NCBI GenBank assembly: GCA_039545335.1
Contig: BCIN01000008.1
Span: forward strand, 321,528 to 385,527
Length of the DNA: 64,000 bases
DNA from: Kondoa subrosea
Taxonomy: Eukaryota
Direction: 5' to 3'
Positions 38,331 through 50,364 of this stretch are shown piece by piece. The position numbers and the translations under genes are program-made. The notes below the pieces were generated by a model, which saw nothing but the letters and a program-made list of their open reading frames with translations, was not told the origin of the DNA and did no database searches. The number at the start of each line of letters is the position of its first letter. Positions within the stretch are counted from its first letter, which is position 1.

Positions 38331-40210
38331 ATGATCTACTCAATCTCATTACTGTCTTTACTTTGCTTGGGTCAAGCTGTTCATGCTCACGTCAGTTCAT
38401 CTCGACTCCGCGGAACTGGCCATCTGACCCTTCTTTGTTCTTGTTGTAAGATGGTCATGACTTCCCCTCCACCATTTGGGAACCCAACTACTGTCAGTCT
38501 GATCTGGGTTGTACTGTATTCGAGCTAATTGGAGCCTATTCATAGTCTCCATTGAGTCAAGACGGCTGTGAGGCTAATTTCGATGTCCGCTGCATTGACG
38601 GTTGACTTTCTTCGAACAGCCAATTATCCTTGCCAGAGCATGACTGGTGCTGGCGGAGGAGGTGGTCAATCTGTTGCTGCAGGTTCGGATCTGAAAATGA
38701 CAGTGAGTAATAATAGCTTAGATGCATCGCCTCGTGCTAGCTAATAGATCGCGAGCAGCTGTCGGGAACTGTTTGTCATGGTGAGCTCGTTTGTTTTGGC
38801 TATTCATGTAGCAACACCGATAATGTGGCGTAGGCGGAGGAAGCTGCCAGTAAGTTGTTCAGCATTCTCAAAACGATTCGAATGTCGCTGAACCGTACTA
38901 GGTGGTCTTTGTCCTATGATGGTGGGAAAACTTTCTCGGTGATTCAATCACAAATAGGCGGCTGTCCTATTATCGGTCAGGTGAGTCGATTCCTTGTTTT
39001 CGCATGAAACATTTGACGCATTTGATTGTGATAGGATACCAATGGAGGGCAAGGAAATTGTAAGTTGCTTCCCGAAAGTCTCGCTTGACAGCTGTACTAA
39101 ATCTGCCTTACAGGCCAACTTGATTTCACCGTGCCGATTCCGTACGTCTCTGGTCAGGATCGAAAAGCTTTAGCCAGGTAGCTGAACTGTTTGACGAGAT
39201 TAGAAAATCAGCACCATCTGGAAACGCCATATTCGCCTGGTCTTGGTTCAATAAAGTCAGTTGAAATTATCTGACATCGAGTCACTAGCTGATGACTTAC
39301 TCAGGTTGGCAATCGAGAGATGTACAGTCAGTCAGATACAGCTTGACTTAATTACAGCGAAATGAGACTAAGCCAAACTTAGTGAATTGTGCAAACATTG
39401 CTATCACTGGTAATGATCTATATTCACAGTCTTGCGGACGTACTTAATTCGGATCACAGGTGGTGGTGATGGCTTCTCAGCACCCAAGATGTACAAAGCC
39501 AACGTCTTTGTGCGCGTTACTGAATTGGTCTATGATCTGGGCTAACCTTTTATAAAGGGCTCGGGCGACTGTAACACTGTTGAAGGAGATGAGTAAGTGT
39601 GCTGCGACCGCTCTGAACGAATACTTATGATCTCGTCTATAGATTTGTATACCCCTCGCCTGGAAACGTCGTGTCAGCTTCTCTTTCTAGTTCAAGTGAC
39701 CAACAGCTCATGCTCGAGCAGCACATATGGAGGCAAATGGGCATCAGGCCAACCAGGTCCAACGCAGATCAAACCTCAATGCAATGGGTTCAAAGATGGT
39801 CAAGTCACAGTCGACAAGAGCGGGAAAGTCGTCGAGGGCGCTGATGGACCACCATTATCTGGAAAGACTGGCATCGCATCTGCGGGAGCTGGCGCGTCAT
39901 CGACGCCTGGTTCGCTTTCAGATGCTGATTCAGGCAGCGGAGTAGCATCAACGACGGATGCTGGGAGTTATAAAGCTAAATCAACTGGCACTTCTCAACA
40001 TGATGATGAAAGTCAATCCAGTTCGGGTAACGATGTCGATTCAGGTTCAGATGCAAGCACACAGCTCGGAACAAAGATTACTAAATCGGGTCAAACGGTT
40101 GCTTGCAGGCCAAAGAAGAAGGGCACAGGATGGTCAGCTGCATCCTATCGCGTCTTCAATGCATCTCTGATTGCGGTCTTAGGCTATACAAGCAAAACAG
40201 AAGAAACTAG
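38331..40210 (+). CDS. AA11-family lytic polysaccharide monooxygenase (~15 introns) with Ser/Gly-rich tail
   Basis: Spliced: signal peptide AVHA|HMVMTSPPP..SPL..NYPC..HGGGSCQWSLSYD..GGCP..FAWSWFNKVGNREMYMNCA. His-brace and axial Tyr present. Confidence 0.88.
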
Positions 40211-40527
40211 CGCCGGGCTTTCTATGTTGCATTTTCGTTGTATATGTTTGTTTCCTTTTCGTAGGAGATTACGTCTTCCTCGCTACATTGCGCTTCCCTA
40301 TCCATGCATTGTGGACGGAGGGAACAGTGAGATAGATTGGTACTAAGTTCCTTCAGGTGTCCAGTCGAGTGTATTTGCAATCGAGCAAAGAAAACATCTG
40401 AGTTTTGAAAATAGAATCAACGATCGAGTCTTGAATCACTCATATAATGGCTTGAGGCAGGAAGATCCCGTTCTTGAACTTGAGCTGTCAGTCAGTCGAA
40501 AACAAAGCCATCCAGTCGAGGCAACAG

Positions 40528-42450
40528 ATGTCTCAGCAACAGGGAGACCAAGCTATTAGGCAACTCGCTTCCAATTTGTTCAAGGTACCACCCCAAGCTC
40601 GCGTGGTATCTGTCGTCCCTTTGAGTAGCCTAGCTTCGTCCGTTGTATCAGAACAAGAAATTTCAACACTTGCTCACTCACAGAACAGCGCAATGAAAGC
40701 CGAAATCAGAGGAGGCACCTTGCGGTCATTGGATCCTCGTCAAATTGCGTTGATACTGCTCCTCATGCCCTTCATTTGGTCACCGTATCTATCTTCCCCT
40801 CAGACATTACATACAAGTACAGGAAGACTGCTACACCTATTCCGAATGGATTGAAAGATTGCGTGGGCGGTTGAAGATCATATGCCATGATCGAAAATTG
40901 TGTTTACGCGAAGGTGCAGCTGTAGTTATGCTGCTTCGACGAATTCGACACTTGCTTCTTGTCGCGCACGACGACAAACATCCGGACAGACGTGAATTGA
41001 AATATGTTGACTGGGAAGAACCTCATGAATTGGCATTGGAATTACACAAGATCGCCCGTTTCCTCACATTTGATCCGCTGAGTATCTCGTGCATCCTACA
41101 AGCGTCAAAAGGAGAATTGCAAACTTTCCTCCTTGATGAGGAATGGCCAATTTCGAGAATGCGTCGGGAGTATGCTCAAGTAGAAGAACAGCATCGAGTT
41201 GCTCCTGTGGGTTTTGATTCTCTCTGTGCTGTCCGCAACGTCTCACCAATTGAGCTTGAAGACAATTGAATCTCTACACTATTTGACCGAGGACGAAATA
41301 ACAAGCCAAGGCAATACCAGTTTAGAAGCCTACATCCTCGCTTTCTTCTCTTGCAACGTGCTCGTCAGTATAGCTATGAATTTACAAAAGAGTGAAAGAA
41401 GTTTCCCTGCGCGGCTTGTTGAACGAGCAGTGTGTCCTTCTTCTTCCTTTCCTCTGATCCTATGTATCGAAGCTTAGGTGGTGATGCTACAACTTCAGCA
41501 ATAGGCCAGATATATAGTCATCCTGCAAAAATGAAAGAATACTTAGAAGCTGGAGTTTAGCATCAGCTTTTGGTGACTTTGTGAGCTTTCATTCGGCACA
41601 TCTTCATTCAATATAGCTTCATGCATCTTATATTGACAGGCCGAAGGTCACGCTGGCCAAGCGATTGGCAATACAGTAAAGGAATTGTCAAGCTTTGGTT
41701 TCATCAAGAAGTACTCTGCGCAAGATCTACATTATCTTTTCAACGAAATGTATAAGAAATGGGAAACGGATACTGGTGAAGTTATAGAGGTGAGTCATTC
41801 TCCCTCTTTAGCGTACTATATGAAGACGACTGACAAGCCTTTATGTGTGGAAGAAACACCTCAACCTGTTTGCTAGAGTCTTCCTCAACATTTACTCACA
41901 TCACGGTCTAACACCTTTCGCTTCTCAAGTCGCTTATATCCGTAACAATACCTTCTTTCCCTACCTTCAAAGCAAACTTGTCAAATCTGAAAGGGGAGGG
42001 AAAGAGAAGAGCGTTTACTCTACTTCTACTGCAGCTTGGGAGTCCCTTCTACAAGCACAGTCCAATTTAGCAGCAAGCAGGAAAGCACGACTAGTTTTCC
42101 CTACTCTTGCTCCTAGAGATCAATTGGAATGCCTAGAGTTTTACGTTTGCTGCTGTAGAAAAGAATGTCCTACTGTTGGACCTTGGCTGCGGAAATGTGA
42201 AGATTGGCTGAAACCAAATTCTGTTGGACCAACGAAAGAAGACAAGAAGGAAATGGCCAAACTAGTGGAGAGTATGAAGACTTGTCCTTGTCAAAGCAAG
42301 CTGTTCTGTTCTAGTACTTGTCAAGCGAAGAAATGGGATGAGCACAAAGAGCAGTGAAGGAGCTCAGCAAACAGCGGAAAGGGAAGGCTGAGCAACTCAA
42401 TGATCAGAAGTGACTGGGGAGACGAACAGAGACACGCGAGATTACATTGA
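40528..42450 (+). CDS. Hypothetical protein with C-terminal (split) MYND-type zinc finger
   Basis: Chain of spliced exons ending CCCRKEC...CPCQSKLFCSSTCQAKKWDEHK. Confidence 0.65.
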
Positions 42451-42771
42451 GCTTGTGAGCTAGCGAATTTGCTGCCAGTGTCATCTGCATTTGTTGATCA
42501 TTGATTAGCTAAGCGATTGATCTGCCACATTGCAATGAAAGCGTGTTGCTTGCGATGTGTAAGGCTCTGAGTGCTACGGATGGGCTTAACTGACCGAGAA
42601 ACGCGTCAAATGCGGGGTTCCTCAGCTGTTCTCTGCTGGTGACACGTTTGGCGATGATCGGAATTTGAGATTTCGATCTTTTTTCGCCCTTCTTTCTTCC
42701 GGGCCCTATCTCTCACCTTGCTTTCACATCCATCTTTTGCGCAGCTCTTAATCTGCTCTTAACATCAAACA

Positions 42772-44009
42772 ATGTCTTCTGGTCAGTCCTGTTCAGTCCC
42801 TTGTTCAGTCTGTCGAGATTTCGTGAGCTTATCTAATTTCGAGTTTCAGCTTTCGCTTTCGTCACTCTCATTACCTCAGACAATTATTTGGCCGGAGCTC
42901 TCACTCTCTACACGTCTCTACTCGAGCTCGAAGCACAGAAACCAAGTCAAAATGAATTTGACACCGTAGTAATGGTCACGCCAGAAACCGTCAGTCAAGA
43001 AACGATCAAATCGCTCCAAACAGTCTGCAGCGTTGTTATTGGTGTAGACGAGATCACTTCACAATCAACTAAAGAATTGGCTTTGCTTGGAAGAGCAGAT
43101 TTATCAGCAACGTTAACGAAACTGCACGCTTTTCGATTGACCCAGTACAAGAAGATCGTTTTCCTCGATGCGGATATGTTGGTGTTGAGACCTTTGTCGC
43201 ATTTGTTCGATGAAAAGGCACCATTCTCTGCTGCGCCCGATCTTGTTCGTTCGATGCTACGGACTCGATAATGAATCATTTGCTGATGACAGTCTGGAGG
43301 CAGGGCTGGCCTGATTGCTTCAACTCCGGCTTCTTTGTCTTTACTCCTTCGATCGAAACGTTTGATGGATTGACACATATGTCGAACGAGAGAGGCACAT
43401 GGGAGTGAGTTTGCTTTACTACTCGTTGTACCTGGTCGCTAACAGATCCGACAGTGGTGGCGATCAAGGGTTGCTGAACGAGTCAGTACTTCTCACTTGA
43501 TCAAAATCCTTCGCCTGATAACCATCGATGATTTAGCTACTTCGAAAATTGGAACAAACTGTCCTTCTGCTACAATTGTGTACCTACCGCTTTCCGATTG
43601 TCAGGACCTCCCTATCTTCGCTTCTCGAGGTGTTGCCTGACCCTGCGATTCTTTGTACAGATACGAACCTGCTGTCGCTCGCTACGGTCACAACATTTCC
43701 GTCATCCACTTTAATGGGAAAGTGAAACCCTGGAATCTCATGAATGGCTACACGCGGGGATCGAAGGAAGAAAAAGCAATCGATATCTATGGCGGTCTTT
43801 TACCTAAATGGGTCATGGCATACGAATCTTATCAAGACGCTACAATCAACGTAGAAGGACGGTACGAGAAGATGGAATGGGAAGGAAAAGAAGCCTTCTT
43901 GGTTGAACAAAGAAAGCTATTGCATTTGAAGTTGGAAAAAGGATCCCATGACTCTGCTTTGGATCTGAGCAACTCTGGATCGAGTTCGCCTGTGATCTCT
44001 CAGTCTTAG
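42772..44009 (+). CDS. Glycogenin-like glycosyltransferase family 8, short form
   Basis: AFVTLITSDNYLAGAL, LLGRADL..TLTKLH, FLDAD, APDLGWPDCFNSG, WDGGDQGLLN, HFNGKVKPW. Confidence 0.9.
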
Positions 44010-44085
44010 GTGCCATTAGATGGTACTGGTTGATGTGTGAGCTCCGGGTCATCGTCTTTGTTCACACAAACTGACATCGGTTCGT

Positions 44086-44302
44086 TTTCAAGTTCACGAT
44101 TACTAGAGGGGATTGCACACGCACGAGCATTGATTGTCGTATAGATGATATGTATACACGGGAGCATATGTCTTCACTTTATATTCGCCTCTGGGCTTTC
44201 GATCACTTTTTTTGTCGACGCGCGCTGTGAGAGGTGCGTTGAAGTGTTCTTACGTTATGAATCCATTGACCTTCAAAACGGCAATGGAATACTGAAGAGG
44301 CT
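44086..44302 (+). pseudogene. Decayed partial duplicate of the promoter and first intron of the PARP-domain gene
   Basis: 44116-44159 matches 48434-48477 (43/44); ~44175-44228 resembles 48488-48541; 44230-44302 resembles 48777-48849. Exon 1 with its ATG is deleted and the acceptor AG has become GG. Confidence 0.85.
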
Positions 44303-46502
44303 CATACTGTGTAGTGAGAATCTAGCGCTGCCTATAAAGCTTCCAAGTACCTACTGTCTCCTCAGCCTCTTCTCTCGGTCTAAAGGTCCGCGCTCATTGC
44401 TCCCTACTAGGAGAGCGAGCGGCCGTCTCTTAGTCTAGACGGAAGACTCTAGCTACTGTATACAGTTTGTATGTATAAGGGCCACCCCGAACCATCTCGC
44501 AGCTCGTTACTACGCAGCCTGAAATTATTCCCGACTTCCTGGCAAGTCTGTCTGTCTCTCTGTCAGACGAAAGTCTTCACTGCCGTCGTACACTCGGAGA
44601 CAGTATAGTATCACAAAATGACAGGTACATAATCAATTTCAGTGCTGGTTAGGCAAGACAAAGGCGATCGAAGGTAGTTGCCAAAGCCGCGACGCATCGA
44701 GCACACTGGTACCTTGAGCAGACACGAGAACCTTGATCAGACACGAGAGCCACAAACAAAGCCTGAATTGCCAAAACTCGAGAGCAAAGCAAAAACCCCC
44801 AGCTGCGCTGAACCAGTCTGTTTTAAGGACCTCGAATCATAGAACGCTCGCTGAGAAGAGCTACTATATGCCTAGGTATATTCACTGAACCGAGCGTGGT
44901 CAGCGTGAACAGCGGTATGCTTGAAAGAAGAGCTCTCCAGTCACGTAAGAGTCATAGCTAGTATGCTTATGCGGAGATTGGGATGATATAGTGCTTGTAA
45001 GGCTGAGTTGTGAACGAGAAAGCAGTCTTCTGCAGGCCGCAGTTTATGGCTACAGCATCAACCTGCAAGGAGAAAGAGCCCGATGTTGCCTTGAGTGCAA
45101 TTCTGGCCCAAGCAGGAGAGTTGATAAACATAGAGAAAATCGCTGTCCGCCGAATGGCATCTGATTCGCGGGCAGTAAAGGCATGGAAGCCGCAAAATTC
45201 AGACTTTGACAATTTTTAGGCAGGGCTGGTGAAGGCGTTCTGCAAGCAGAGAAGCCTTACCAGTCATAAGCCAGGGTATTTACTGCAGTACTAATCATAT
45301 AGAGAGGCATAAATCACAACATGAAGCACAGCAGATCGCATTTTTCGGGCAGCAGACTCAAACGGGACTGAGCTAGATGAGGTAGAAGTCATCTAGATCA
45401 GTGCGGCTTGGTCTCTCCGTGAAATCAATACTGCTTTTCGCTTTTGAATCCATATATAGACTGAGGCATTGTATAGAAAGGATCAAACCTGACTAGTAGC
45501 ATCTACAGGCAAGCGAGCGCGAGGAAGTTGCAATGGAGAGACAAGGCCGAAGATACCTTCTCTCTCGATCGCTCAATCAGGCGTGCGCCTTTGACCGATA
45601 GAGCAAACAAGCAGAGAAATTGCGATTTGTGAGAACTGAGCCAAAGAACGCAGACCACAAATGCGGAAACCGAGTGCAATGGCTATTTCTGTAGATAGTA
45701 GATCGCCTTCTGCACCTTGCGATCTTTTCCTTGAGCCACACCGGTCCGCAAGATGACGTGTTCAGAGTATGTCTTCGCGAAAATTTGTCGATGCTTGCTT
45801 CTCTCTCATCGTCCACCACGCCATTGCCATCACTAGTACTGTACGTCTGACGAAAACGCCAGAAAGAAAAACAAGCTGATAACAAGAACAGATACAGCGA
45901 GAGCGAGGCGAGAGGCTCTTCAAATTGCTTCGGTAAATACCAAGTAGGAATGATGCCCTGTGAGTGGAGCTGTACAGGTCCTGAATTGTTAGCTCACGTC
46001 TTTCCCAGGCAATCGGTCGTGTATGTCGTACGACTCGCGGTTGAGCATTGCTGACTTCTGCCTCTCTCGCCTTCCAGACATGCGCAACCCTAGCACAACA
46101 GGGACAATTAAAGCAGTATACACATGGAATTCTTTGATGTGAGTAATGCTTCACATAACGCTTTGTATCTGTCAACTCACTTCAAGTTTGCCTTCCAAAG
46201 TATCTTCGACTTGGCTCATCAGAACGGATGCATTTATCAACTCATTTAGCATAACATTCAGCTTCGGCTGAAGTCTAAAGTTGACCAACGCTGGCATGTT
46301 CAGACCAAACTTAATCGGGCGGCTCGCTTTGTTAAGGACATGTATTCATGGTTGACCTCTTCTCACTTCCACGGGAGTATGGCTGGGCTCGCATCGCGCC
46401 TTGAGGCAGTTTAAATGGGTTGTAAATAGCTCCGAACTGTGTTTACCTCAGATCGCACAAACAATGACGCCAGATAGATTTCTTTTCTTCAACCACCAGA
46501 CA

Positions 46503-46983
46503 ATGTCCAGCGCACAGCAATACAAAGGCACAAACGCCGACAACAATACCTCCATGTGTGTGATCCTCCAAAGTCCTATTTGCTGTTCTAAAGCGCGTTG
46601 AAGGGGCGGAGCTGCCAACCCTACTCAAGGCAAGGGTGCACAAGACGGTGCTGCTCAAGAGGTTGCAGGCAACTTGGTCAGTCCCAATCTGCGCATCTCT
46701 TTCTTTCTTTCGAGTGCTGATAGATTTCCAGTCTAACGACTTCAATCTTGCGAACGTACAAGCCAACACCAAGGGAGAAGATCACACTATCGCTAACTCA
46801 GTAACTCAACCTGGAGACAGCGCTGATCATCGACCATTGTCAACGGCTGGATCAGGAGGGTTAGGAAACACAAAGCACGCGGAGCTACAATCTCATGAAG
46901 TAGATCCTGTGCCAGCGCGTGATGCAGATGGATCAGCTATACAAGGAAGCGGAAAGCACACGGACCCAACAAGCACAAATTAG
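46503..46983 (+). CDS. Small Gly-rich hydrophilic (hydrophilin-like) protein
   Basis: Two GT-AG introns give a continuous MSSAQQYKGTNADNNTSMGGAANPTQGKG...TDPTSTN*. Confidence 0.65.
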
Positions 46984-47006
46984 ATTGCACAACAAAGAAT
47001 GCGAAT

Positions 47007-48241
47007 TTAACGGTTTTGACATGAAACCCCTATCAGTGTGCAATCATCTAATTTCCCACCTGCCCACAATATATCAGTATTGCCCGAATGAATCTCAGTT
47101 GGCACACCTGCGCAGTCAGTATAACCGTGCTGTTTTGCTTCAGTTGAGAATGGAGTGATTTTATCAGGCTGAAGCAAAGCCACGACTTCAGAATGTTGTG
47201 AGACGACCTGGAAAAGGCTTACCGATTTGCCTACTTGACGTGCGAACATCACCAGCGTCTTCACTATAAGTTCCAGCGTGTTTGAATTTACTTGTGTTGC
47301 TTCGTTCTTCATCAGACGCTGAACTATCCGTTCCATCTCTTGCGGAAAGACGTTGTCACTGATTCCGTCTGTCATGAGCAACACGAGATCATTATTCCTA
47401 ATGAGCAAAGCATAAGAGCCATATCGCGGCAAGCTGAACGACATCAACAGACTGCAGCGTAAAATCAAAGGCAGCTGCCTGTTGCGGGAGATCAGCAGTT
47501 TCGTTCCAAGGCGTCTTCTGCAATTGTAAAGGGCAATTGAAGTCTAAGCTCACTCATCAGACAAGGAGAGCCGATCGGAACGACAGGAGAAAACTAGCAG
47601 TGGGTTTGAGCAGGCTGGAAATGAACAATACGGCCAGCGCGCAAGATTGCAAAGGTTGAATCGCCAAGATTAGCAGACCGAAGAACGCCTTGAGACGACA
47701 GAGTAAGAAAGCAAGCGGTAGTTGAGCCTGCGACAATTGCCGGATCTTTACTGATGGTCAAAGACGTGGATATCTTGCGCAAAGACCAAGGAATAGAACA
47801 AACTAACAGCACAGCATCGTATGCTCTTCGTAGAATAGCTGCTGGCTCGAGTAGTTGCTTTCCAGCTTCATAACACTTCCGAGCCTGTTGAGCCCCGTGA
47901 TAAGATAACCCTTGAGCTATGACGGCAGGGTTGACGCCTTGTTCCGACCATCCGCCAACTCCATCGCAAACGCCTATGGCAATGTTCTCGCCCAGGTTTT
48001 CAGCAAAGAAGAAGTCCTCCCCAGCGTCCACTTTCCAATTCGAGGCTGCTTTCAAAGTTGCATCTCTCCAGAGCGCTATAGCTGAATCAGGTTGAAAATC
48101 TTGGTTTGGGGATCTAGCTTTTGTGGCTTTTGCATGAACCGCCGTAGCGATATTATATTGGAGTCCAGCTGTGCCGTACGTACGTTTCTGGAAAGCACAT
48201 CGCCAAGCTGGAGCACGAATAATCCGAAGTACAATGGTCAT
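47007..48241 (-). CDS. PTC7: PTC7-type PP2C protein phosphatase, mitochondrial
   Basis: DAGEDFFF, GVCDGVGGW, GSTTAC, ANLGDS, FNCPLQL, TDGISDNVF, GGKLDD. Confidence 0.9.
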
Positions 48242-48597
48242 TGATAGTGGGTGAGAGCAATCTCAAGAGTGTCACCAACAAAGCTGAGTGTTCTCCAGCT
48301 GGCCACTAGGGAGTCAAGATCAAGCGCATGTAGGGCACATCGTCTACAAACGATGAGGAATACATTCACTTGAGCCCTTAGTCTTCATTGCATGCATTAT
48401 TTTCAGTTTACGACCGATAGAGAGGATTGCATACACACGCACGAGCATTGATTGTTGTATAGATGATATGTATACACTGCACCATTGCACTTGATATTTG
48501 CCTCTGGGCTTTCGATCACTTTTTGCGTCGACGCGCGGCTGCGCTCTTCTCTCTGAAACAATCATCCTTGGTCTAACTCGAATGCTCGCAACTCATT

Positions 48598-50221
48598 ATG
48601 AAGCGCAAGAAGAGCGAAGAGACAGGGAGCGAGACACAAAGTGAAGTCGAATACGTTTCTCCAAACAAGTCTGGGAAGAGGCGTGCCCTGCTTTCTACCA
48701 GTGCTGGTGACAAGGAAGTCAAGAAGCCACATCTGGACGATGAAGAGGACGATGCTACTATTGCTCGTAGACTACAAGAGGTGCGCTGAACTGTTCTTAT
48801 GTTATGAACACATTGACCTTCAAAACAGCAATGGGATGCAGAAGAGGCTGAGGCTCGAGCAGTAGCTGAAGAAAGAGATGCTACGTATGCTAGGAAGATG
48901 CTCGAGGCTGAAGAAGCAGAGGAGAGGAAAGCTCGAGCCAAACGAATGCGGCAGAAGAACTTACCTCAAGGTGTTCTGACCTTCTGTCTTATGTAGATAC
49001 TTCACTGATATGTATCATCAAGGCATCATCTATCAGTTCACCATGGATGCAAACGGGAAGACAATCAAAGGCGACGATGACCAGGTCGGCCTACTTCTAT
49101 TAAAGTAAGTATGGCCTTTTGCTTAGATTGATTTGCACCGACAGGACAACTTGCATCATTTGGAACTCGTCAAAAGCTACTTTGCAGCCGGCTCAGCTCG
49201 TGGGAACCTCAAGATCAAGCGAATCACAGTCTTCTTGAATCACAGTATAGAGGTAAGCCCTTCCCTCATGGCCGCTTTCATCCCAAAGGAATCTCATTCT
49301 TTCATCTAGGTAGACTTTGAGCGCGCCAAGCAGGCAGTGGCAGCTCAAGGACATCCTACGGAGGAGAAAGTGTAAGTACTGCGGTCTGATCTGGCGAATG
49401 CAAATCGCTGAACAGACAATGTAGGATGTTTCACGGAACCAAAGATGAGAATTTGCAGTCTATCATCGACAAGGGCTTCAAAGTTGGCGGCGTGTCAACG
49501 AAAGTCAGTCTTCCGATCAAGCTCGTTGCGTATTTTGGACTAATCACAAGTCATGATAGGTCAAGAACGGAGCCGCATTTGGTCTAGGTACAGCCTCGAG
49601 CCTTCTAATACTAGTACAATGGCTCAGGTTTAAGATAGGCGTTTACCTTGCAAAAGATCCCTCTCTTTCGGCAATGTACGCGATGGGAGGGAACAGGATG
49701 ATTGCTGTCACAGTAGTACCAGGTCGAATTTCTGCTGCAGGTCGGTCGTCTTGTTCAATACCATGTATGCTCATGCTGAATGACGCGTTATCGAAGCAAT
49801 CCCCGGAAAGCCTAAACCTGCTGGTCAGAACGAATACGACTCAGTAGCTGGCATGCTTGGTCCAACAGAGATTCTGGTAAGTTGCTCGACTCAGTACTTC
49901 ATCCAATGTCATACTCATGATCATGACTCTCGCTCTAGGTCGCACGCGACGCAGCTCTTTGTCTTCCAAAATACATTATCGAATTCGAAAGCAACCCTGC
50001 TGGCCACGGCTACGACGGAATGAATTTCATGCCAATACTTGGTCAAGGATCTAGTTCAAACGCTCAGCCTCAAGCTCTTCCTGCTATGCAACCTGACTCG
50101 TTTGCTCCGTTGGCATCTACTTCTTCATTTATACCTTTTAGCGGTCAAGGCAGTAGTAAGGTTCGTGTTGAATACCATTTGACTTCGAATCTAACCGAAT
50201 CGCGCAGAACTTGGTTCATGA
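48598..50221 (+). CDS. PARP-catalytic-domain ADP-ribosyltransferase with MIU-like motifs and C-terminal SHP box (10 predicted introns)
   Basis: Spliced: MFHGTKDENLQSIIDKGF..NGAAFGLGVYLAKDPSLSAMY..YDSV..TEILVARDAALCLPKYIIEF; N-terminal DDATIARRLQE and RDATYARKML; C-terminal FIPFSGQGSKLGS*. Confidence 0.85.
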
Positions 50222-50364
50222 AACACCACACAGCATTTCTACCCTTGTATATATACTCTGCATCATGATCCAAAAATGCATATATGATATCCTGTCTACC
50301 CCAGCAGAGCGGATTACTGCCATCGTCGCTTGTATCCGTCCGCCCTCTTGTTGCCCCTTTCCGC

